NCBI GenBank assembly: GCA_028534125.1
Contig: CM052817.1
Coordinates: 1,118,001 to 1,182,000 of the forward strand
DNA: 64,000 nucleotides
Source of the DNA: Lama glama
Taxonomy: Eukaryota
Direction of reading: 5' to 3'
Shown here: piece after piece, positions 50,594 through 63,731 of the stretch
Position numbering within the stretch: position 1 is the first letter of the stretch
Layout: each line of letters starts with the position of its first letter
Made by a program: the position numbers and the translations under genes
Notes under the pieces: generated by a model
Databases searched by the model: none
What the model saw: the letters and a program-made list of their open reading frames with translations, nothing else
What the model was told of the DNA's origin: nothing

Positions 50594-51740
50594 CCGTTTG
50601 ATAGAAATGATGTCACTGTTACTTTTAAGCTATTATTTCTACCTGCACTGGCTGAACAACCTACTTAATTTCACTGAGCTACAATCAAGGCAACTCCTGC
50701 GGCACACTTGGTTGGCTTCCCCTGTTCTCCTTCCTAATAAAACTCCTGTTTCCGTCTAATGTCCTATTTTATTACCACACCCAGAGGGAGATATTCAGAA
50801 ATATTTGGTAGGACAAGTCCCCTCCCACTTTCCTTTAATCTTTCTCACTTTTAAGTGTGATTTAGGTATTTGTGAACTTTGAGATTCCTGTTTTAATTTC
50901 AAAATAAGTTTACTGAATTCTCAAAAATTTAACTAGAGTTTTCGCTGATTTTGCATAGACTTTATAAATTATTGTGGGGAGAAGTGAAGGTCACCTCCTC
51001 CAGAAGCACGCACCACGTCTCCATCTGCTCAGACCATCTCCCATGCTCTCTCAGAGTTTCCATCTGAAGGGTCCTCGGTCCCATCTGCTCCTCTGCTGTG
51101 CCCTCAGACCCACACTCTGCCCTGCTCCTGGCCCTAGAGGAAGGGCTCCTTCCTCCGCATGCCTGGGCTCCTTCCCTGCTCTTGGGCTGGTTTTACCCAT
51201 CTGGGGGCAGGAGGAGACTGAAGTGGGCTCCCCCTGCCCACCAGCCGCAGTGCACTGCCAGCTGTGGTCCTCAGCCTGCAGCCACAGCTTCCGGTGCCTG
51301 TCCCTGGAGGCCACTGCATCCTTTGCTGGCTCTCTTACCCCAGCCCTTGTCTTGGTAGCCAGCCCCTTCACTCAATACTTCTCGATTGTTCCTTCAAATG
51401 ACCTCTGCTTCCCAGTGAGACTCTGAGTGGAGATGTGTCCATGTCACTATTAACTGAAATAAACTCTTAGCTTTTATGTTAACTGCAGCATTAGAAATGT
51501 TCCAGTTGATCCAGAGTCTTCTTAAAAATGTTACAATTGTTGTCAATTTATAGAAAACATTTCAAAAACTTCAGGTCTTATCATCTGGACTATCCTTTTA
51601 TGAGTGTGCATAGATCAAGCTGGCCTCGGAATTTTCATTTCCTGAGGACGTTGCTTCCCGTGAGCCTGGACGTGAGTGAGGGCAGCTCTGGGACAGGGGG
51701 CGAGGGCGCAGCTAACTGGGAGTTGTACTGAAATGCTTGC

Positions 51741-51809
51741 CTTCAGCTGAGAACAGAGGCCCATCGTGAGTCTGTGGAGCACCCTCAGGTTGGCACACAC
51801 ATTCTGATT
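51741..51809 (-). CDS. POLN: POLN coding exon (69 nt) with GC-type donor
   Basis: TTTTAAAG| NQNVCANLRVLHRLTMGLCSQLK |GCAAGC. Confidence 0.9.
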
Positions 51810-53288
51810 CTTTAAAAGATCAAAAGAATTAAAAATTAGGCAAATGTAGCAGCAACGTTCATCACAGCCTAGGAGGTGCCAGTGTCCTGCGGCAGGTATC
51901 ACACAGCAGGTGGCGCCACCAACCACCGCAAGTGGGGCGGTTCCCACGCTAGGGAAGGCACCTGTCAGCAAACTCAAGCTGCCTGTTGCTCAACACTTTC
52001 TCCCCAACCCAATTCTCCTCACTTTACAGGAAATGAACCACAATGAAGCTAAATGTCCAAGACATAAAGATCACAAGGTGGTAGAGCCGGGGGGGGGGGG
52101 ATAAAAGGGTCTGTGTTTAGCTGACAAAGAGCGCAGTGGATGAGCCATGGCCCCGACACTCTGACTGTCCCTCCCCTGCCCAGAGCCCTGGTGTCCCCCC
52201 CGAACACCTCACTCTGCCAGACGACTCCCCAGACTCCAGGCGGGCCAGACTCAGTGTCAGAGACAACCCCCACGAAGAGCAGGCGCTGGCCTTGCAGCCG
52301 TCCTGGGCTTGGCTCTCCTGGGAACCACTAGCTGGAAGGCACCACGAGACATCCAAGGGCCTTTCTGGCTGTGCCTGGCAGACTGCCACGCTGCTGCCTG
52401 GAGGCCCTTCTGCACAACAAAGGGGCCACGCGGCTCCTACTCTAACAGTTCCCAGCTCTGAAGCTTCCCCAGGAGAGCTCAAGCGCCTCGATGGAGCTCA
52501 GACCCTTCGCACCACAGCCCACCACGCTTCCTGTGTGTTTCAACCCCAAACCGACCTGACACAGCCCCTCCCCACAGACAGTCTGCAGGACAAAGTGCCC
52601 CGAGAGAACAGCCCCCAGCTTAGCACCCAGCACACAAGGCAGGCCCACGTGGCCTCCTACTCACACCCCCTCAGCACGCTGCATGGCCCTCCAGTCATCA
52701 GCTCACAACCAGGAAGCCTGAACAGAGGCACCCGACAGTGGCCCGCACTGCTCCCACAGGGAGGCTCCCCTGGGCCTGCTGTGCGGCCCTGTCAGGTCTC
52801 CCCCACTGGGCTCCGGGCAGCGTTCCAGGGCTGCAAGCACCCCTGCTCCTCCAGACAGTGGCTCCTAACAGTCGGTGCATCTCCAGAAAGAGGGCTTGCA
52901 GAGACAGACCTGGGACAGCTGCTACAGTTCTCCCCACGTGGTCTGAGGAGTGGCCATCCCAGGCCTGGGCCACGGCTGCCATGTCACCAGCAGGAAGAAC
53001 TTATGAGCAAGCAGCAGGTGACTCTCTGACACCAAAGAATACTTTAGAAGAATCACACTATGAATGGCATCTCCCAGGAACACTCTCACAACGGGACAGA
53101 AATTACCTGTCCTCACTCCTCAGCCGCCACCTGAAATGTCAGGGTTCAAAAGCATTTGTGCTGAATAAGTAAAAACGAATGTCAGCAATGTTCTTTTTAC
53201 TACTGGTCAGTCTATGAAGTAGAAAAAGCCCCTAGAGGAAAATCAGGCTTGTATTATGGCTGATAAGCCTTATCTTAAAACAACTCAC

Positions 53289-53431
53289 CACAGTGTCTCT
53301 TGAGGAATTTCCGTACGTGCTGTTCACTTCAACTGCGATGGAGTTTCCAAAGTGTTTTGCCACTAAATCTTCAAAAGAAGGTGCAGCATCACTAGGGTCT
53401 ATAAGCCATGCAGCAGTTCTGGGATCTAGCC
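53289..53431 (-). CDS. POLN: POLN coding exon; orthologous start 53446 has lost its AG, and the next in-frame AG gives start 53431
   Basis: (VADSV)[54 protein letters not shown]. The two bases before 53446 read TG; GTAG| before 53431 keeps the frame. Confidence 0.85.
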
Positions 53432-55533
53432 CTACAGAGTCAGCAACAATAGAGAAAGAGGTCGTTTAATCATTTTAAGAACAATGAATAAATTGCACTT
53501 TTCCCTGCTGTAACAAGGTTCTTAAGGTTCAAATCAGTAACTATGGAGTTACCCTCCCCTCAAACCACAGAGCTAAGTACCTGAGTGATGCTCCGTCATT
53601 CCTAAAGAGTGTGGAACCTTGGGTAAGAGTGGCCTCCACAAACCCAGGTCTCACACAGCCAGCCTCCATGGGGAATGCATCCCAAACTGCCTGGGAATTT
53701 GGATCTCTCAAAGCATGAAGAGCTGAAGGTCAGAACCCTCAGCCCCACACTCCTTGCCTTCTCTTGCCCACTTTTCTCCGCTCCCGAGCCTTTCTCTGCC
53801 CTACGCACCTCTCCCCGACCTGGCCCCTTCCCCACCCTCCCGCCTGGGTGCCTCCCCAGCTCCCAGTCCTGTGATGCGCCGGCTGCTCAGGCCTAAGTTC
53901 TGTGAATGGAAGGAGGCCTGAGGGAGCCCCTGAGCACACAGTGGGGGTGGGAGGGCGGGAGCGAGGGTGGAGATGCTGGCGTTCAGGGCAGTCACCCTGC
54001 GTGAGAAAATCCTGTGAGACAGCTAGGTGCGAAGGGAACCCAGGGGCCCGGGAGGCCACTGCAGCCCTTAAGCGCTTGCCTTCTCATCTGGAAACTAAGA
54101 GGAAAGATTCCTGGAAGTACCCACGGGGCACATATGAAGGTGCTTTTTAAAAATAAAGATGATATTTACTAAATACCTGAGCATTACGGACAAGGAGGGG
54201 GAGTTACAAAAGGACAGGGCGGCTGACAGATTAAGAGACAAAGCTGAATCCTAAGACGGCTTTTGGGAGCTACTTTAACATTCTGAAGTGCGCTGTACAA
54301 AACATGGAGTCTGCCTCTACATTCAGCTGCAGCCCTAGATCACGTCCCACTCGATGCTACCCTTCCCGGCGCCTCTAAATTACACCGGTCTAAGAGATTC
54401 ACATTCACCAGGGCAGCCACGGCATCGCTCTCCAGGAAGCCCCCGCGGAGGCAGTTTTAAAACTCTCGGAGCTTGGGGTGACGGGGTTGGCAGGCACTCT
54501 GCCTGCCGCCCTGGTCAACCATCCCAACCGACATAACTCCTCTGCTACTGCTAACTGACCCAACCGGGCTACTTCATTCTAGTTGCCTTTTCAAAGCTCT
54601 AATGCTCCAAAATTAAGGGTTCTTATCAATATCTATTTTTGAAAATCCATGGGGAAGGTCTGACAGTGCTGGAATGGTCTCGGGGCTGGTCCCTACACAC
54701 TCTTGTAACTAAAAAATCAAAGCCTTCAGGACAAGCCCCATGCTGGGAGAAAGGCAGTAGCTAGAAAAGAAAAGTTAAGGGAATGATAGAAATTATGAAA
54801 AGTAAAGAAATCAGAATTAGAAATACTTGGAGATTGGCTGGCTTAGTAAAAGAAACTTAACAAAGAAATGAAAGAATTCAGGACAGCAGAGTAAAACAAA
54901 CAAAAAACATTCTGAAATAAAAACTAAGCTGGGAATACACAAAAGCAAATAAATGCAACAGATAATGCCTTAAGCTTCTTTTTTTTAAAAGAAGATAGAA
55001 GAGAGGAAATTATTTTAAATAAAAAACAAATGAAGAGATTGAAAGCAGATTCTAGATAAAGTGATAAACAAGAAAGATGGAGAAGCGTCAACGTATGAAA
55101 TCACAAAAACGTTCCAACATCACACAAAAGATAAACAACCACAGATTAAGATACAAATCTGAATCCTAAGGTTGCTTACGTGCTTCCTGACAGAAGGCCA
55201 CACCACCACCCAGAGTCAGGGCCAGGATTCGGGGGCAGTCTTGCCCTCCCAAAGCCTGGCCTGGATCTGATGGGGCCCCCGGTCTCACTGCCACCAAGAG
55301 AAGAGGGAGGACATGTTAAATGACAAGATGGGGAAATCCTGCAGGACAAACAGCCTGATCCACCAGCAGTGGGGAAATGCTCGCAAGGAGATACAACAGA
55401 GGGGAAGGGTGCACAGAGTGAGCAGCTCAGGAGCTGTGCCACACCCGCCCAGCCAAGTGTGGAACCACACCCTTGCTCGCATCTCAATTCAAACAAACTG
55501 TAAGAAACAAAACCAAAAATATTTAGAGACAAC

Positions 55534-55650
55534 TGGGAGGCCAAGGTAGAGCTCAGTGCTAGAGCTATACCTGCTTAGCATGCACAGCATCCTAGGTTCA
55601 ATCCCCAGCACCTCCACTAAAAATCAAATAAACCTAATTACGTCCCCGAC
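55534..55650 (+). mobile_element. Vic-1-type SINE (diverged)
   Basis: agctcagtgctagagc..cttagcatgcacagcatcctaggttcaatccccagcacc..aataaacctaattac. Confidence 0.85.
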
Positions 55651-55899
55651 TGCGGAAGTGCAGACACTGACTAGATAGCTGATAACACGGGAAGACCATT
55701 GCTGACCCGGGGGAGGTGACAGCACCACCGGAAAAATGGAGCCCTCAGGCTTCAATCGTCTAATTGACATATTTGCATAATAACAACAGGAAGCTGGGAT
55801 TTGCTACAAAATAACCCACGAGATGAAGGCTTGGAAATGTGGGGAGTTACAGGGGAAAGAAGGCCAGACGTAAGTTGGTAACTGGTAAAACTGGGCAAT

Positions 55900-56668
55900 G
55901 TGTACTCGTGTTTTCCAACACCACCTCTCACACCGAACGTGTGGGTTTTCCCCACTGCACACACACCTCCAGTTCTCTGCAGACACCAGCTGGGTGTCCG
56001 ACAGTTCGATTCAGTTCTGACATTTAACTGCCCAGCGTCAGTGCAGACCCTGCAGGGTGAGGCTCAGCCCCACAGACAGCCTCACCTCAGGCACTAGGCC
56101 TGAGTCCCTGGCCTCCTGCACTTCCCGCCAACCAGCTGTAAATCAGGGGTTCTCATCACCCCTCCTCGGGTTCCATAACAGCTCACAGAACTCAGGAAAG
56201 CACCGCCTTACTGACACCTGTGTACTATAAAGGCTACCACTCTGGAGCAGCCAGCTGGAAGAGATGTGGAGGGCGGGGCGTGGGGAGGGGGCGGAACTTC
56301 CACGCCTTCTCCAGGCAGCCCCACCTCCCAGCACCCTAGAATCCCGCCATTTACAGGGTTTTACGGAGGCTTCATTACGTGGGTGCGGTCCATCAAGTCA
56401 TTGGCCACCGGTGATTAATTAGCTTGCTCTCAGCCCCTCTCCGCTTCCTGGAGGTCACGGTGGGGCTGAAAGTGCCAATCCTCTAGTAAGGCCGCCTACC
56501 GCCTCTTTCTGCTGACTACCCCTCACCCTGAAGCTCTCCAGGGGCCCCAGCCATCAGTCCTCTCATTAGCTACAAAAGACATTCGTCACTCTGGAGATTA
56601 CAAGGGTTTTAGGAGCTGCGTGCAGGAATCAGGGACAAAGACCCAATATATATTCTTATTATATCACA
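55900..56668 (-). mobile_element. ERV LTR, MER21-like
   Basis: Minus strand begins TGTGATATAATAAGAATATATATTGGGTCTTTGTCC, resembling the MER21 5' end. Confidence 0.65.
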
Positions 56669-57238
56669 GGTACTTTTGTATATGTTGGAAATTTTGTACC
56701 AAAAAAAGATTTTTTTTCCAACAGCTTATTGCAAATATTTTCAAACATTCAGACAATTTGAAAAGAATTGTACAGTGAACACTCATCTATCCAGCGCTAG
56801 AGTCTACAATGAACATTTTTCTACTTTTGTTTTATTACATATCCGTCTAGTAAAAAAGATTATAAAAATCTTCTTTATAATTTTAAATGAAAGATGAAAA
56901 TATGTTTTATATTGTTTTGATGTTAACTACTCTGGACTTTAATTCTTAGAAAGTTTGTGAGCTATTTGTGGCAGCAGCAAATCTCATCTGCCCATGCCAC
57001 ACAAGTTACTTCTTCCCTGTTTAAAGTACAAAAGTAATACACACTTGAAAAATCCAAATAATCTAAAACACTGAGGGAAAGTGCCTCCTCGGGCTTAGGG
57101 CGTGTGGCCACACGGGTGGCGCGCTGCAAGGGGTGCGACCCAAGTGGTGCAACACGGCAGCCCTCACCGTGCTCCCATCCCCAAGAGAAACCACTGTGGG
57201 AGAGTTAAATTTGGAGGACTATAAAAACTAAAACTTAC

Positions 57239-57351
57239 CACACTTCCAACTGTCATCATCACCAAAAACCTGTAGCACTGTTCTCACAAAGTCTTTAGCA
57301 TTGAAACAAATAACAGGACGTTTACATTTCAGTGTTTGAAACAGCAGCTTC
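57239..57351 (-). CDS. POLN: POLN coding exon (113 nt)
   Basis: TTCCAG| (R)[42 protein letters not shown]. Confidence 0.95.
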
Positions 57352-57510
57352 CTGGAAGATGAAAAGACACTCACTGAGCACAATACTTCACACACTAGTT
57401 GGGAACTGTCACCTCAGAAGAGCATTATTACGGCTGCACTAACAGTTACTGCTGCTTTGTCGACATTCTCCCCCTGAGAGCTTTCCAGGGATTAACTCAA
57501 ACCTGTGAGG

Positions 57511-57904
57511 TGTGGATGAAAAATCAAAACGGAGTCTCCACAAGGGCGCCAGGAGGCCACTGAGGAGGTGGCCGGGATGGAATCTGACCCTTTGACCTGA
57601 TGGAGAGCATCCAGAACATCTGCCAGAAACCCAGGACAGCCTATCTACTTATCGACCCCCGCCCTGTAACGTTCACAGCTCCTTAAGGACAGAGATGTTC
57701 AGACTTGTATCAGTCAATCACAATTCTTGCCAGGCAACTTTTAACAATCTTGTGGCTTTTTGTCCTCAAAGTCCCTGACTCTCTCTCTTCCCTGAAACAC
57801 TCGTTCAGGGTTACTCAAATTTGTGTCTCCTGAACTGCAGTTCTTAAGACCCCAAATAACCCCTTTTCCCATCCGCAGCCTCCTGCATTACCTCTTGGTT
57901 GACA
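57511..57904 (+). mobile_element. Solo LTR (ERV1-like) inserted into a MIR
   Basis: TG...CA termini, 4-bp TSD GAGG; flanks rejoin as the MIR core. Confidence 0.8.
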
Positions 57905-58409
57905 GAGGTGGGTATCATTTATCATTTGCATTTCACAGATGATGAAGCTTAGACACAGAGAGGCTGGTAATGAACTCAAGGTCACACAACTGGTCAGAGC
58001 CAGTTCCTGGGTTCAGCCCATTACTGACAAAGACCCAAACTCATAAGCAGAGCTGACACGCTCTGGGCTCCTCACAGGTGGCCTCAGCCTGTGCTCCAGC
58101 ACACCCTCCCAAGAGTCTACCCTCTGTTCACACTGAGTTCACCTTCCTCCATCACAGGGCTATGCCATGTTCTCTCTCACTCTGGGGCCACAGCACATGC
58201 TGCATTCTTGCCTGAAATTCTACCCCCACAATTTCTGAAAACTGCTCAAGTGCTATTTTCAAGGGGCCTGCCCTGATTCCCCAGGCAGGGAGTTGCCCCA
58301 TCCTCTATGTTCCTTTAATACTCCTGTCCCCACATTGCCACAGCTGGGACCACATCTGCTATGCTAGTTTACTTTGGCCCCGTTACATCATGAGCTCCTT
58401 GAATATGGG

Positions 58410-58640
58410 ATTCACAATAGTTGATATTTATTGAATACTGACCGTGTGCAGGTACCATGCTAAACACTGCACAGGGACTGCTGCATTGAAACCTCGTCGT
58501 AATTGCATTTGGCAGGCACTGGACCCATTTTACAGACAAGGAAAACTGAGGCTTGGAGGGTAGAACAATTTTCCCTGCCTCACACAGCTGGTAAGTGGCA
58601 AAGCTGAGGTCTGAGACCCTATCTTGCTGCTGCCAGGGCC
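58410..58640 (+). mobile_element. MIR SINE
   Basis: cccattttacagacaaggaaaactgaggcttggaggg..cacacagctggtaagtggcaaagctg. Confidence 0.8.
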
Positions 58641-60697
58641 CAGGATATAAATCTCCTTTTTTGGTAACTGCTTATTGATACCTTAATGAGGGTCTTTGAA
58701 TAAGGCTGAGGAAGAAGGAAACCAGGAGCCAAATGAGCTCTGTCTGCTCCACAGACAGACGTTCTGCACTGTCGTGCGCTTTCACCTTGGTTTCCCTTGA
58801 AGAGGGCCAACTGCCGACAGCACGGCTTCCGGTCTTGGCTCCACTGGACCTGGGGGTGAGCAGGAGGACCGGGGCAGGGGAGCTCATGAGGGAGAAGAGC
58901 TGGAGCAACGGGGCGCCACCCCGTGCTGACGCTCCCGTGCGCGGCAGACTCGGAGTCCTCAGTGAGGCCGGCCAACAGCCGTGAGCTCTCCCACGGAGCC
59001 GTGCAGCCGGGCCGATTTCCATCTTAAGACAAACAAGACACGGGTCATGTAAGACAAAACGGCTAAACATGGCGTGTTCTCTGGGTCAGTTACAGAAGTT
59101 GATTATGCCGCATCTGCAGGACACAGGGCACAGGGGAGACGGGAGCTGCAGTGACCACCAGACGTCCACGAGGAGAGTGTCGAGTAGACTCACAGATCCA
59201 GAGTGCGGAAAGGCCATCCAGTACCAGGGCCCTACTCTCACAAGAGTCTCCATAGAACAGACCTGCCTAATTGTTCTTTCAAAAGAAAATACGTAAAAAA
59301 GTTCTGGGTTCTTGGTACCAGAGTGCTGTATTTCTCAAACGTCCCATTCTCACCAGAAATTACTGTGGTGCACACGCCTGACGTTAAGCTTTGACGGCTG
59401 AGGCATCATTTCAAAACACATCCTTCTTGAACAGGCGTGTTGCCAGCTGTGGGCAAGACAAGCAGCTGAAGAGCCAGAGGAAGGTCCCTCTTTCAGAAAG
59501 CCCAGAGCAACCTAGAATACTGACCAGTGAGTGACTGCTTCTCAATCCTCCTTATGCCTTAAGTCAGCCAAGAGAGAGTGAATCCTCAAAGCCCTAGACA
59601 CCCGACCCTCAGACCCTAACAGAAGCAGAGCCCTAGGCCCATCTCTCTCTCTCCCCACCACAGCCTCTCTGTGTGGCCCTGGGCATGCTGTGAACCCTCC
59701 AGGATTTGTGAGTGATAAATCTTGTTCCTAAAAGCTCCCCCATGGTTTTTGCTGAAGTGTGTCCTGTGATCGTAATAAGAACCACAAGAGCTGGTCCCCC
59801 TATGGGGGAAACGCCTGTGGGAGGTGAGGGCTTCTACGAGTGCTACAGGCCGGACGAGCGCCTCAGGCGTTCCTCGCCAAGACAGCATCTCTGCTGGTAG
59901 CCTGGAACCTACACCATCACCCAAAACTCACCCCGGGCCCTGTGAGGCTGCGCTGGCAGGCAGGGCCTGGCCCAGGCCCCTGCCTTCTCACCCTGAGCCT
60001 CCTCAAACCCCTCTTCAGGGCAGCGGCTTCAAGGAGCTCCCTCCAGGCAGCTAGTGGACTTGAACTCAGAGGGCTGGGCAAACAGGAGGTGGATGCCCCC
60101 ACCCAAAGCAGAAAGCTGAGTCAGGGTGGCAATACAAGCAAAGACGAGGGGCACAGGCTGCAACCCACGAGGGACTTGCCAGGACTGAGAAGGAGCAGCA
60201 GAGCTTCACCGCCTGCTCTGAAATTCTACGGCTGCGAGAAGGTAAGCACAAGCAAGCCAGTTCTCGTCCATTCTCACAGAATGAAGCTTTGAGATCAGTA
60301 GTATCTTGGTACTGAGGACCATTTACTGTTTGAAGGCAGTGACGACGACTTTCCAACACTGTGAGTGAGTGGATGGTGTGGTGAGGACACCAGCCGGTAC
60401 TCTGGCAGCAACGATGGGTTTTCAGGCTTTAAGATGACTCTTTCCTACGAACTTCTCACTGAGATGTTGATTCAAATCTCGGAGCAGGCTCCACGGATAG
60501 ACCTTCTATTCCAGAAGCTCTCTGAGGGAGGGAGGGCCAGTGTTTGCAGAGGTTCTTGTCATTTAGGTCCATTTTATTTTCATGTGCTCATACAAAACTT
60601 GTACAAGTTTAACTAAACTTGGAGCTTGAGAAACTCTAAATTAGGATAAAGCAGGCACATAAGTTAGCAGTTAAGGTAACGTGTAAGGACTTCTTAC

Positions 60698-60891
60698 CTG
60701 GCAAACTGATGGTGTGCCTCTTGTTCTGGGCCCCAAACACAGGAGTGCTCAGTTTTTATGTAGATGCACTGGTCACTGTGTGTGAAGCCCTCCTCCAGGA
60801 CACCGTCTGAGGCCGGTAGGGGAGCCCGGCCCTCCCCCATGGGGCTCTGCAGTAACATCATCACGACGTCTTTAACAGAGGAACCCAGAGC
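60698..60891 (-). CDS. POLN: POLN coding exon (194 nt)
   Basis: Acceptor CCGCAG|, ALGSSVKDVV..DQCIYIKTEHSCVWGPEQEAHHQFA(R), donor AG|GTAAG. Matches human DPCIYIQIEHSAIWDQEQEAHQQFAR. Confidence 0.95.
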
Positions 60892-61381
60892 CTGCGGATA
60901 CACAATCAAACAAAGCTGCAAAATCAAACATAAACAGTGTATTTATTCAAGAAAGGTATGTCATGTTTTAAAATTTAGCAGGAAGAAAAGGCCTAATATT
61001 AAAATTTGTTAACAGCTCTGTTAACACCCATCAAAGGCACAAGCAAACCCACAACCCACTCTCCAAATTGTTCTCCTCCGTCTTCACCATCACAGTGGGA
61101 ATCTCAGCCAGTGCAGCACAGCAGGAAGAAGAAATGCAAGGCATACAAATCAGAAAGGAGGAAATATACCCTCCCTACTTACAGATGACATAAATGTCTG
61201 TGTAGAAAACCCAAAAGAATCTACAAAATGAAAACAGAAAAACAAAAAAAAAACCTCCTGGAACTAATATGTGATTTTAGCAAGGTTGCAGGATACAAGG
61301 TCAAAACACAAAAATCAACTGTATCTTTACACACTAACAATGAATATGTGAAAATAAACTTTTTTAAAAAGGAAATTACCA

Positions 61382-61515
61382 GGGAGGGGGGAAGAGGGTA
61401 TAGCTCAGTGGTAAGCATGTGCTTAGCATGTACAAGGTCCTGGGTTCAATCCCCGGTACCTCTACCAAAAATAACCAAATAAACCTAATTACCTGCCCCT
61501 CAAATAAACATAAAA
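61382..61515 (+). mobile_element. Vic-1-type SINE with target-site duplication
   Basis: TSD aaattacca at 61373-61381 and 61516-61524. Confidence 0.9.
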
Positions 61516-62130
61516 AAATTACCATTTATAATAACTACTCCCCAAAATGAAATACTTAGATAGAAATCAGTAAAACATACACTGAATCCACATACTGAAA
61601 ACTATAAAATACTGATGAAAGAAAACAGAGAAGACTAAATAACAGAAACGTGCCATGTTTAAGGACAATAAAACTCAAAATGATGTCAATTCTCCCAAAC
61701 TAAGCTGTAGAATCAAGATGATCAATAAACTCCAAGTGCAAGAAACATGAAGAAAATGATACCAAATTACATCATAGTCAAATTGCTTGAAACCAGTGGT
61801 AAAGAGAAGATCTGAAAGGAAGCTGGGGTGGGGTTGAGGGGGGATGGGACACATTTCCTAGACAGAAATAAACATAAGGATGACAGGTTTCTTGTGGGAC
61901 GTAAAGCAGGTTAGACGACAGTGACGTAACATTTTTACTTAAAGAAAAAACTATCAACTTACAGTTCATACCCAGCAACAATGTCTTTCAGAAATGAAAG
62001 GTAAAGCAAGATTTATACATTACGTTGAAAATTACAAAACATTACTAAAAGAAATTGAAATTTTAAATATATGAAAGGACGCCCCCCCTTTCATGGATCA
62101 GAAAATTCAGTACCGTCAAGACGGCAAAAC

Positions 62131-62595
62131 TGAGACAGGCCAGGACCTAGGACCCTTTACTAGAGTGCTTACACCTAGACAAACGTCTCCCTGAGCAACA
62201 GGATACAAAGAAGCTATAGGTGACTGCAAATAACCACACATGCACAAGTTGGAGCAGTTATGAGCAACAGGATACAAAAAGGCCACAAACAAATTGCCGT
62301 TTGTGAGGTACGGGAAGCAAAAGCAGGGTACTAGGGTGATTCTTGCACACAGCACTACCAAGGGGTGGACAGACCACCGAAGCCATGCCTCCTGTCCACC
62401 CACGGATCTGCCCCCGTTGTCACCCCATTTTACGAACCCAAGCAGCTCCTCGCGGGAAGCAGGCAAGGGTGCTTGTTCCTGCTTTCACTCCCCTGTGCAG
62501 TAGCATGAACCCCAGTAGAGCCGTGCTTGAGATTCTTATCTGGCCTCTCATCAATTTCTGTTGATTAAAGAGTCCAGAGGCCCCAGTTGGTAACA
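62131..62595 (+). mobile_element. Solo LTR (465 bp) inserted into L1 ORF2
   Basis: TG...CA termini, 4-bp TSD AAAC, ATTAAA signal near the 3' end, internal repeat tgagcaacaggatacaaa twice. Confidence 0.85.
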
Positions 62596-63731
62596 AAACT
62601 GCCAAAATTAATCTATAGATTTATATTAAAACCTGAGCTGAATGTTTGAACAAACTGACAAATTGATCCCAAAATTTATATTGAAATGCAAAGAAACCAG
62701 AATACCTGAAACAATCTTGTAAAAAGACAGTTAAGACTCACACTTTCCAATTTCAAAACTTACTATAAAACTAAAGTAATCAAGACAGTGTGGTACTGGC
62801 ATACGGAAAGATATATAAATCAGTAGAAAGAACTGAATGTTCAGAAATAAACTCTTACATTTTGAGTCTACTGAGTTTCTATAAAAGTGCCCCAAAAAAC
62901 TCATGGGGAAAGAAGAGTCTTTTCAATCAGTAGTGCGGGAAATCTAGACATCAACATGCAAGCGGGTAGATCTGTGCCTTCATCTCACAGTCCTCAAAAT
63001 GGATCATGGGCTTAAACGTAAGACTGTAAACTCTTAGAAGAAAATACTTCATGACTCAAGATAGGCAAAGCATTCTTAAATGTAACACAAAATGCACAAG
63101 CAATCAAAGAGGTACTGGATAAACTGGAGTTCATCAAATTAAAATAAGTTTGTGCTTCAAAAGGTATCACCTAGAAACTGATAAAAACGAGTCACAGATT
63201 TGGAGAACTGCAAATCGTATATCCGACCAGAGACTTGTATCAGAATATATAAAGAATTCTTACAGATCCAAAATAAAACTCAAATAACCCAGTTTTAAAA
63301 TGAGCAAAAGATCTGAATTGACACTTCACAAATGGCCAATAAGCACATGAAAAGATGATCAAAATCATCAGTTATGAGGGAAATGCAATTTAAAACCACA
63401 ATGAAATGTGACTTCACACCTACTGTAACTGCTAAAATAAGGAAGATGGACAACAGCAAGTACTGAAGGGAGGTGGAGAATTTGGACCCCTCATACACTG
63501 CTGGTAGAAGGTAAAATGGTATAAGTACTCTGGAAAACATGTGGCAGTGTCTTAAAAATCTGTTGAGAACTATGCATTATCAGTCACTCACCATGGCGGG
63601 TGCAGGGCAGAGGAATAAGGTGGCTTCAAATCTTATTTCTAGCTCTCCTAGCAAAATTAGACACCAAGAAAATGAGTTTCTTTTATGGTGACAAAAAAGG
63701 AAACAAACAAAAATCAACACTGTGTACTAAC

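Larger units (their letters stand above)
61080..63560 (+). mobile_element. L1 ORF2 relics with nested SINE and solo LTR
   Basis: NLLELICDFSKVAGYKVKTQKS; caaaacttactataaaactaaagtaatcaagacagtgtggtactggcat. Confidence 0.85.

Noticed and set aside
52136..53029. 297-aa ORF, the longest in the track
   Set aside because: GTG start, Pro/Gln/Ser-rich, no recognisable domain; consistent with a chance ORF in GC-rich intron sequence.
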